From: Atractiella rhizophila
Taxonomy: Eukaryota
DNA: 60,484 bases
Direction: 5' to 3'
Assembly: GCA_021432655.1 (NCBI GenBank)
Contig: MU271462.1
Coordinates: forward strand, 1 to 60,484
The notes beneath the pieces are model-generated. The model worked only from the letters and a program-made list of their open reading frames with translations, made no database searches and was not told where the DNA came from. Within the stretch, counting starts at the first letter, position 1. Every line of letters starts with the position of its first letter. A program made the position numbers and the translations under genes. Below, piece after piece: positions 12,195 through 22,544 of this stretch.

Positions 12195-13245
12195 GCGCTG
12201 TCATCTGGGCAGGCCTTGGGGGGAGAGCTCCTAAGGTGGGTGGAGATGAGAGCGTGGAGGATAGAGATTCTTGTTTCTGACGACCTCTGAGATTGAGATT
12301 GAGATTGTGTTGTTAAGTTGGAGACAAGACTGTGTTTATTTTGGAGTGACAAAATGCCTGGATCAATAAATGACTAAAGATATGAAGTTTTGAAGCACAG
12401 TGGGTTGGTCTGTTTCTTAACTGAGCGTCTGAAGGACCATACCCTGAGTAAAGGCCGCGAACTCTGCGCTGTCGTATTATGAACACGTTTATGATTTGCG
12501 ATCCCATGGCCTCCATGATGAATTGAGTTCAAACCGTTCTTTTTGTTCTTTTGTTGCCTCCTTCCATCATAATGAACCATGACTATGTTCCCACTCGGAA
12601 ATGTGGCAAGTGGAATACTCAAAATTCCAGACTTTGCATGTCTACGTGACTGATCATATATTCGCATTCAGGTTTAAGCTCGTTCAACGTTCAACAGCTT
12701 GCTTTCTGTTGTTTTGCTGCGAGTTCACCATTCATTTCGCTACTGGTATCTTCTTCAAGTTCTTTAGATCCTCGGTTAGTATTCACGACTCACACACGCC
12801 AACGCAGACGCGTTACTAGGAAACAATGAGCACTTCTTCACAACTTCAACGTTGTGTTTTCTTGCTTGAAGCTTGAAGTCGGACGAGAAATCTTTTGGAT
12901 CGACGGTTGAGAAAGCTGCGGGAGGAGTAAACTTCCAGGTTGGTGCAACGCTTCTTTCCTTCTCTATATTTGTTTCCTCCTTCTCGTCTAGCGCCGCTCG
13001 CAGGCGAGCCTACCCACATCAGTGTCGGATTCGGGGAACGACTAAGATAAGGGCTGGATGGATGGAGATCTCAGATCGCCTTTGGCTAGTGCTGGCAGCC
13101 TCATGGGTAATGGGTATAAAGCGGGAGGCGCTTCTGACGCTGCGTCCTGGTCTCTGTGGCTCATATTTCAAAATTTGCCTCGCCATTTATTGCAGGTCTC
13201 AACTCCATCGATCAAGGTACGAAGGACGGCCGAAAAGGTCGGGAG

Positions 13246-15189
13246 ATGGGTAAGTCTGATTTGGGCCGTTGTATCGCTCATTCAGCTCGCATTTTCTGCC
13301 TAGACTATGATGACCCGCCACCAGTTCCTCCCGAACTTGCCCATTCACTCCTAATAAGCAATGTTCAACCACTTCTCATTGGTCTCTGGGTGACGATCGC
13401 TCTTTGGACGGTAGAGGTCATGCTTGCCATTAAGTGGTATCAGAAATATTGGAGTAAAGACCACTGGTTGGTGAAAATTGCGATCCTTGTAGTAAGCCCG
13501 TCACCTTCTTCGACATCTCTTCAATACTTCCCTATCTATCAGGTAGTTCTCAACGAGACAACCGCGCTGGTAACGACTTCATGGGAAGTTTACGAAATAT
13601 GTATCACTCATTGGAGTGAGCATTCCTAATTACACAAGAAAGGCGCCTGCTGAGTTTGACAGGCGACATAAGCATCCTGATCAAACTTCGCTGGCAAACG
13701 TTAGTTTCTAGCTATTTGCCCATACACTGAGACCCAAGCTGAGTTGGCAAACAGAAAAGTGCATCCTCTCTTTATCGGTTCGTCCACTGCTTCACGTCAA
13801 AGCAGTTGGAAACTCTGCTGAATTACATTCTCCACTGAGGCAGGCATCAGCTCGGCAATTCTCCAGGTGTACCTACTCGTCCGATACTTCCGTATCGCGA
13901 ACAACAAGTGGATCACTGGCCTTCTGGGATTGGGAATTGGTGCCAGCGTAAGTTGTGACTTTGAACCCAAACATATGGATAAGAGGACTCCCAGTTCGCG
14001 ACCTGCATTCGACTAGTTGTCATCCTCATCCATCAACATCCTTACCCTTCCCCAGATATGGACGGCGTTCCTCGAATGGTGACAGCATGGCTCATCACCG
14101 CTTCTGTAGTCGGTTCGTCCGTCCACCGCTGACCGCTTCGCTTCCTCTGATCATCGGTGGGATGGGTGACCAGATATCCTCATTGCGCTCGCTCTCGCCT
14201 TTTGTGTGTACAAGATGCGACGGAAGATCCTGGCGAAGGGGACGAAGAGACTGTTGGGACAGGTGATCCAGATCTCATTCGAGACTGGGGGACTCACGAG
14301 CGCACTCCAAATCGGTAACTTATCTTTTCCTCACGTTCTGGTTCAACCTGAAGTGAAAGGAAGCTGAACACCCGCCATAGCTGCCCTGATCACATATCTC
14401 TGCGGTCGTGGCAAGGCGACGAACAACGGGATTGCCTATCCGCTCCGGACCACCCGTCAGTTCTTCCGTTACAGGTGTGGCATGCTGACGACGTCTGTTT
14501 TACGATTATTCAAAACAGTTGGCCTCGTCTTCTTCTACAACCTCCTCGTTCGTTCCTCTCTCCTGCGCACCAACGCGCCGTCCGAATCCCCAACTTTCTC
14601 GCTCACCGAACCTCAATCCTGGTCACGGTGGAAAATGTGGAGGAGGAGGGAAAGAGAGCTGGAGATTGGCGTGTCGGTGGAGGTTGTGCAGGAGACGGTG
14701 AAGAGTGATGCGGTTCGTGTTTTCTATCATCCCTCATTCTTTCTTGGAAAACTGCTCTCCTTAGAGGCAGCAGAGAAATTGTCACAAAGAATCCAGAGTT
14801 TGCATGGACATATGTCCTTATCCGGCTCACTCACCTCGCGAGACGCCGATACTCTCATCTTTAGTCTTTTTGTCATAAAAATAAACAGGCTCGACAATTC
14901 TAGCCAGTTCCCCCCTTTCTACCGGAAATTTACACCTCAAAGGCCTCCGTTCTCTGCATATACACAAGACATTCCGCCATCATTGCTTCGTTAGCTGGGA
15001 ATATTATCTCGCTGACCTCGAACTGGGGCGAAATAGGACGAGCACGCTATCAGCTTGGACTCCGCCGCCGCCTACTACCGTTCGCGTTCACGGGCTCTTG
15101 CCGCTGTCCCCTCTAGAGTGGTGGAGGAGGTGGAGGTTGAAAATGATGTTTCATTCGGGGAATTGGAGAAGGGAAGCGTTGTAACGTGA
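13246..15189 (+). CDS. DUF6534-like multipass membrane protein, divergent copy C
   Basis: ATG G|GTAAGT then MDYDDPPP...PLLIGLWVTIALWTVEVMLAIKWYQKYWSKDHWLVK...LQVYLLVRYFRIANNKWIT...DILIALAL...TKRLLGQVIQISFETGGLTSALQIAALITYL...LVFFYNLLVR...ELEKGSVVT*. Frame stays open across canonical introns. Confidence 0.8.
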
Positions 15190-16773
15190 GAGAGAAAGGA
15201 GCGGAGGCTGTTTAAGTGCGTTATATTACTTCCTGGGACTCAATCTAGTTAAATTTCAACTGAATGTCATCAGGGCAAATGTAGAGGTATTGCGACACGT
15301 GATGAGTTATGTTGGACATTGCAATTAAGCAGTTAGCAATCCGAATGAGCGCCGTGAAGTCTCTCAGCTATTGCATCTACAGCGTCCTTCACACGTCACT
15401 TTTTGTGTATGCTGGGAGTTATCGTAAACATCCAGTCCATGTGAGCAGCTGACGTTGCCAGGGAACTCACAGTCGGTAACATCTGACTGGTAGATTCATT
15501 TCATTTTATGAATATTGACGCGCACTGCACCCATCGCACCCATCCGGCGACGCTGCAATCCGGTGCACCACTCAAAGTTCCTCTCCTGCTCGACTTGCTA
15601 GCGGAGTTCTACTCGCCGTCAGTCGTCTCTTCGCCCCTGCTTCGGCACTTCATAACCCACAGCTGAGAAGTAGCCGATTGTCCGCCTGACCATCCTACTA
15701 ACCTGCCACCTTCGTTTCTCGTCCTCTCCCTCATGCTGTCCCACATGAGCCGTCATAGGCTTCCCTGGCTCTGTTACGCGATGTGAGTAGAGCTCACCTT
15801 GTTTTTTTTTGTTTTTGAGGCAGGGCCTTTATTCTTACAGGATGGGCAAAAACGGCAAACCAGGAGGGGAAACGTTATCTGTCCACTAGAGCCGTCACCA
15901 GCGCGGAGAGGTTGGCACTACTTCTCTCTCTTAATCCTTGGTCCGCTCCCTTGGGCCTCACATTCTCAGGCTCAAAGGACAGCTTCGCTTGTAGACAGGT
16001 CCTCCTTGCAGCTTCACGGTTTCGCTCGCATCATGATTACTTGAACGTCGTAATCCTGCAGACTATTTCCCCTGTCTCCTCTTCAAACTCGCAAAATTGA
16101 ACACCCGGAGAGTTTACTCGCCAAACTTAGAGGAGAGGGGAAGGCGACGGGAGGGAAGTTGAGACCACCAGATGTATCTCCCTCTTCCATGCTCGGCCGA
16201 GAAACTGGCGAAATTCAGCCGGTCCCCGCCCCAATTGCAATGGTAGAACAATTTGAACTGAACAAAGATCAAAACTGTTTACATTTCACACACACTCGAT
16301 GTCTGAACGCATCTTCTTCCGCTTTGATTCTCGTTTAGTGTCAGGGGAGCCAAATCCACAACATTCAACTTGGATTGAATATGTATCGTACAAATTTCAG
16401 AACCTACAGTATGGTCAGTCTTCTTTCTCCCCGCCCCTCTCAGAGATTCCTACAAACGGTGTGGGTAGTGGGTTCTCAGAGCGACCCATCAACGTATCAT
16501 CGAGCATCGATCATCGTTGGAACCTCCGCACGTCTAGAAAAGCCCTATAGTGCCAATGGGTGTGGTTGAAAACAACGAGATCACCAGAAGCCGCTACCTG
16601 CACCCATTTGCAGATGAACAGAACAGTCATTCCAATTGCTTTTCTGCCTAGGCTGAAGAAGCGCCAGGCGGAAGTACCGAATTTATGCGTCCCGAAGGGC
16701 AACAGAAGGTTTTTGGAGCCGTTTGGTCTTGTAAGAATCTGGAGAGGGAAGTAATAGCTCTGTGAGAAACTCG

Positions 16774-16781
16774 TTTATAAG
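16774..16781 (+). promoter_or_regulatory. TATA-like box upstream of copy D
   Basis: TTTATAAG 70 bp before ATG 16851, conserved with copies A and E. Confidence 0.55.
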
Positions 16782-16850
16782 ACATGGGAGAAAGAGGCAC
16801 CACCTGTTTCTCACTTTCCACACGAAAATATTGTGCTGACTGCTGTTGCG

Positions 16851-18488
16851 ATGCCGTCTGAAGCTTTTCGAGCTGTCGTCATCCCTATTGGCAAGTCCCG
16901 GATTTAGCTCTGTGTAGGATGCAGTTTGATTCCTCTGATAGTGATCGGGGCCTGGTGAGAGACTTGTACAGTTGATTATGAACAGATCCTGACGATTAGC
17001 AGGACAAATGCTGCTTTATGGGGTTTTGAAATGTGAGTCTCCTGTTATTTTGTATCACCTAACCTGCCTGCTTTAGGTGCATGGTGTACCTGTATTGTTC
17101 GAGGTCATGGTCGAGAGACGGCCGACTGATGCGAACAGCTGTGGCCATCGTCAGTCTCCTTCGTTGTTCTCATTAACAGAAGGCAAAATGAGGGTGACCA
17201 GTGTGCTATTGCGGATACGGCGTGTACAGCTGTAGAAATGTCATGTAGGTACCGTTCCTTACTGTTTACTCCCCTTTCCTGACTACTTTCAGGCGTTTAT
17301 GGATACACTGTCACTAACTGGGGGAACGAGGAATACCTCTTACGCCAAGGTGAGCAACTGACTAATTTGTCTATGTGATCTCTGTGACGATCAGGATGTA
17401 GGGTGGCAGTTTCCAGCATACATTTTTCTTACCGGTCAATATCATGTTCATTTCAAAGAGGACTCTTTAACACCCACCCTAGCCACGGTCGCTTTGGTGG
17501 TGCAAAGCTACTTTATCCAGCGATACTTCCGCATGTCTCGCAACTTCATCATCACTGGCGTGTTGGCATTGCTGGCCCTCCTTGCTGTCGGAGGATCCTC
17601 GTCACTCGCGCTGATAGTCGCCGTACACTCTAAATATTCTGAAAGAAGCAAGGTTAGGGTGTCGGCCATTCTGTGGGTGGGCATCAAGGCTGTCTGCGGT
17701 GAGCTGGTTTGCTCAACTTGCACATTTCCTGAGTTTTGAACTTCAGATGTTTCAATTGCTACCGCTTTAATTGTTCAGCTTCTGCGTTATCGATCTAAGC
17801 ATCCACTCAAACGTGCGTTAATGTTCCCCTTCATTGAAGCTTCCTCACTGAACTGATATGTCATTTTATAGAGACAAAGAAATTGCTTTCAACATTATGT
17901 GTGCTCGCAGTTGAGACTGGTACTCCAACGGCCCTAGTACGTCGCGCCGTTCCAGAGTACCTCGGATTGAGATTGCTCTTCAGATTGCCGTTGCAGGATT
18001 GATAACCTATCTGCAGAACAATTCAAGGTGTGGAATCTTGTGCTGGTTGCTCCGGCTGATGGTCATATCAGTAATGCCCCGACAGGAATCGCTTTTAACC
18101 TCGGTCGTGCCTACTCCATCACTTTTCTTATGAATCTCTTGATGAGACAATACCTTGCCACCTCTGGTCAGACTAATGCGGACTCAGAGTTTGCGCTTCC
18201 GAAATCAAACGGAAACCAGACCCAGCATGCTCAGGAATGCAATTTCTGTGCAGGATGAATTGGCCATCCAGGTCAAAGGGGTGCGTACTTAAATGTATGG
18301 CGCCTTACCGACTCATGAGAAAGCAGGAACGTGGCTCAAGTGAAGGAGAGAAGGCAGTTCATGTCAAAATCTCCGGCTCCAGTGGTGATTTTACCGCAGG
18401 GGAAGATGTACCAGGCGATCTCAATGCTTTTCGCGTCTCCTATCCCCCAGGATCTCGTGTCTCCTCTCAAGTTTCGTTCACATCTTGA
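16851..18488 (+). CDS. DUF6534-like multipass membrane protein, copy D (TM core intact; tail frameshift gives stop at 18258)
   Basis: MPSEAFRAVVIPI/VIGAW/TNAALWGFEM/CMVYLY...VYGYTVTNWGNEEYLLRQ...VVQSYFIQRYFRMSRNFII...ETGTPTAL...FNLGRAYSITFLMNLLMR. First intron has a GC donor. An extra G at ~18211 shifts the tail; the ancestral tail frame ends at 18488. Confidence 0.8.
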
Positions 18489-18792
18489 GCTTTCTCAATG
18501 AAATATATCTATCGAACAGTGGATGGTCGATTTGATTGGTTGTCGTTTTGTATCACACTTGTAACTTAAATAATTAGTGCTGTGAGAAAGTTCCTTGCCG
18601 AGAGTACGATGAAGGGGATGTCGCGCAATGGCGAACGTGAAAGATGCTCATGCGACGGTGTCTGCTGAGCGTCTTCAAGTTCCTCACAAATTCTTACCCC
18701 GTCCAGAATTGGCACACATGGAAGTAGAGGCACCATATGGATACGAGGTGAAGATCGCAAAGAGAATATAATCACTCGTTCACCGTAATGAG

Positions 18793-19540
18793 GAAGATGC
18801 TCGCGAAGGGACGAGGAGGCTGTTGGAACTGGCGATCCAGATCTCATTCCAGCTGGGTCTCACGAGGCGCCGTCCAACTTGATAACTTATCTTTCGCTAC
18901 ATCCCCATTCAACCTCAAAGTGAAATAAAATGAGTCTGAACACACCCATGGCCGTGGTCACGTGATCACACCATATGCACCTAACCTCCTAACTAATCAT
19001 CTATCTGTTCTTCAGGGGTTGTTGGCTTGACAAGGACTGGGTCTTTACCGTTGGGAACAGTTGGCCTCGTCCTCTTCTACAACCTCCTCGTCTGATCCTC
19101 ACACCTAACCCGCTCCTCCAATACCGATTACGATAGAGGATGTTGAGGAGGGGAAGAGAGTTGGAGGTTGGGTGGTAGGGATGGCGAAGAGGGGAGCGGT
19201 TCGTGTCCTGACAATCCTTCTTTGAGCCCTGAACACGCTTTCCCCTGAGAAGAGGGGGGTGATATCGCGGTATAAAGCAATTGCCACCATCCATCCTGAA
19301 TTTGGGTTGGCCGCACATTTAATTGTTACTCCATCGTTTAATATTTCTGATTATTCTTGATTCCCAACAATTATTCTGTCTGACTTTCTATTCGTTTCTG
19401 TTTCTAACAAGCGCATCAACGCTACTCTAGAAAAGGACACATTCTCTTCTGCTTATTACTCAGGCGATTCCTTCGCTATCATTCACCCGCAACACCACCT
19501 CGCTGGCGGAGAACTGCAGCGAAATAGGATGAGCACTTCA
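18793..19540 (+). pseudogene. Decayed 3' fragment of a copy-C-like gene
   Basis: Collinear nucleotide similarity to 14223-15050: gatccagatctcattc, aacttatcttt, aacagttggcctcgtc(c/t)tcttctacaacctcctcgt, gcgaaatagga(t/c)gagcac. Contains indels and stops. Confidence 0.75.
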
Positions 19541-20142
19541 TGTTGTTAGCTGCTGGCCAGATTCAATCTGTTACAAACAACCTGACGAGAGGAAGATTGG
19601 GTGGTAAATGGACTGATAGAACGGTGAACATTTCTCAAACTTGGGCCATGTTTGAGACCAAGGTCGTGGTGTCAGTCCATCCCACTTCAGAACTTGCAAG
19701 CTCCTTCCGTGCCACTGTCTGTTGAGGAGACTCATGGACAAGCGCAACTTTGGAATATTTGTCATCCAATAATTTCAGAAGCTACAGTTCACTGCAAGCA
19801 TGGTCAGCTTCCTTCTCCCCCTCACAGAGACTATAATGGTGTCGGTAGTAGGTTCTGAGAGCCATCAATGGATGAGGGTTGGAACTTCCGCACGTCCGGA
19901 GAAGTCCAGAGTCGCAAAAGAAATGTGGTCGAATGTAACAGTTAGGAGTGCCCTACTATATAATACATCGAGAGGTCGTTCCTGGCAGCGGTATTATTGC
20001 AGATGAACATCCCCTTAAACCGAAAAGCACTAGCGAAAGTATTCCCATTTATTGCCTCTGGAAGGGCAAGAGAAGGTTTTGGAGCTGTGATTTGGTCTTG
20101 CAGGAATTTGGGCAGGGAAGGAACAACTCAGTGAGGGACTCC

Positions 20143-20150
20143 TTTATAAG
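20143..20150 (+). promoter_or_regulatory. TATA-like box upstream of copy E
   Basis: TTTATAAG 87 bp before ATG 20237, conserved with copies A and D. Confidence 0.55.
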
Positions 20151-20236
20151 GGACAGGGAGATTCTGCATTGAAAGAGACGATCAGAGTGCCTCCCTTTCC
20201 GCTTTCGGAAAATACTTCCTTCCAGCCACAGTTGTG

Positions 20237-21864
20237 ATGTCTTCTGAAGTTTTTCGAGCTGTGGTGATTCCTATTGGTAAATCAGAGATTTGACTTCGTC
20301 TTGGATGCAGTTTGATTCTTTGATAGTGATCGGGGCCTGGTACGAGACTCGCCCAGTTGATTATGAACAGTCCCTGACCTTTGGCAGGACGAACACCACT
20401 TTATGGGGTTTTGAGATGTAACTGTCCTGCTTGATCTTTGCACCATCATCTAACGTGACTCCCTCAGGTGCATGGTGTTCCTGTATTATTCGAGGTCATC
20501 TTCGAGGGATGGCCTGCTCATGAGAACAGCTGTCGCAATCGTCCGTTAACATGTCTCTCATTACCGCCGAACGCAGAGTGACTGGAGTTCAGTGCTCAAT
20601 TGTGGACACAGCATGTACAGCCGTGACACTGTCTTGTAGCTTACGTCCCATTCGTCCTCCTTTCCTGATCAACCTTTCAGGCGTTTATGGATATACCGTC
20701 ACACATTGGGGGGAAGGGGAATACCTCCTACGGCAAAGTATGAATCGCTCCATTTTATCAGCGTGAGATCTGACAACCGTGTGTAGGATGGGAGTTTCCC
20801 GCATATCTCCTTCTTACAGGTCAATAGCTGTTCCTCTCAAAAGAAAACACTTTGACGCTACCATAGCCACCGTTGCCATAGTAGTGCAGACCTACTTCAT
20901 CCAGCGTTACTTCCGCCTATCGCAAAATTTCATCCTAACTGGAGTATTGATAATCTTAGCCTTACTTGCTCTTGCAGGTGCAATCTCGCTCTCAGCCACT
21001 GTTGCCAGGGGTTATGAATATTCAGAAAGAAATAGAAGCAGGGTCAAGGTCCCCGCAATACTCTGGGTTGGCCCGAAGGCAGTCTGCGGTTAGTTGCTTT
21101 GGTCTAGATGCATTTTTCTGATTTTGGAGCTAGATGTTGCAATTGCTACCACTTTGATCGTTCACCTTCTACGTTATCGATCTAAGCACCCCCTTCAACG
21201 TACGACAACGTCGCTTTTGCGGTTGAACTGACGGGGCATTGTTTAGAGACGAGGAAGCTGATTTCCACGTTGTGCATACTTGCCATCGAGACTAGTACCC
21301 CAACAGCCTTAGTAAGTCGCAATCCTCACTCAGATCGTCGTAGATGGACATTACTTTTCAGATTGCTGTTGCGGGATTGATAACCTACTTAAAGAACAAT
21401 TCAAGGTATGCACCTTGTGCTGCACGCTTCGTCTGATGGTCTACCAGCAATGCTTCGGTGGGCATTGCCTTTAATCTCGGTCGCGCCTACTCCATCACCT
21501 TCCTTATGAACCTTGTGATGAGACAATCCCTTGCCACTCCCAACCATCTTACTGCAGACCACGAGTTTGCACTTCCGAAGTCAATCGTAACAACATCCAG
21601 CATGTTTATGAATGCCATTTCGGTGCAGCAGGGAACGCCGATCCAAGTGGCAGTTTGTAATTGATCTCAGGTTCCTTCACGGCTCATGAGGGACCTTCGA
21701 GTGGAAAACAATCGAGCGAAGAAGAGAACGCCGTTCCTACCAAAGTCTCCCGTACCAGCGGTGAATTTGCCAGAAGGAAGGAGATACCAGGCAATCCTAA
21801 TGCTATTCTGGTTTCCTATCCCCCAGGATCTCGAGCCTCATCCCAGCTTTCCTTCGCGCCATGA
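20237..21864 (+). CDS. DUF6534-like multipass membrane protein, copy E (apparently intact)
   Basis: MSSEVFRAVVIPI...VYGYTVTHWGEGEYLLRQ...VVQTYFIQRYFRLSQNFIL...ETSTPTAL...FNLGRAYSITFLMNLVMR...VSYPPGSRASSQLSFAP*. No stop or frameshift found in the TM exons. The last intron boundaries are less certain. Confidence 0.8.
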
Positions 21865-22544
21865 TCTTTGCCCAGGGGATCAAACCATCGCATCGAAAAT
21901 GACACAATGGTGATAAGTCCATGGTGTATTATATAGCTCAATGTCTGAATTGGCCATTTTGATTTCTGCCCAACACACATTTGGGTATCTATGTGACAGG
22001 TGAACGCTGAGCCTGCAGCGGAACAGTATCTCTATGCCAAACTTTGTCGAACCACTACTATCAGATGAGACGATGAAAGCATTGTCGACTTCCAGAAAGC
22101 TCCGTGATAAGAGAGGAAAATCGAGGAAAGATGGCTGAAAGAGGAGCGTGCGCCATTAGCTGGAGACTGATTGCCTCACAAATAGTAGTAGTTCGATTCA
22201 CTTTCGAAACTTCACCATCCTCAACGCGTTATAAACAGAAGCGAGGGCTATGGATACGAGGTGAACAGGTGAACATTGCATCAAGAATATCATCAATCGT
22301 TCACCATAATCATCACAGAAATAACACCACATCATCCCCTAGCGATCTTCGTAGTAAGATAACAACTAAGTAGAATATAAGGTAGGTGATACAGAAAATG
22401 AGAGAAGAAATGTTGCGACTTTACGAGCAAGTTGCTGGCAGGCATATACTTTGGCAAACTGACAAAACGAAGAGAAGAAGATGCGACATGACAGTCAAGT
22501 CAGGCAACCCCGAACAACTCAAGCTCAATGGGAAAGAAAATCAT

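Noticed and set aside
12289..12306. (GAGATT)3 repeat
   Set aside because: Trivial microsatellite in the Ran 3' region.
12310..12860. Possible transposase or gene relic downstream of Ran
   Set aside because: Only short ORFs with many stops and no recognisable catalytic motif.
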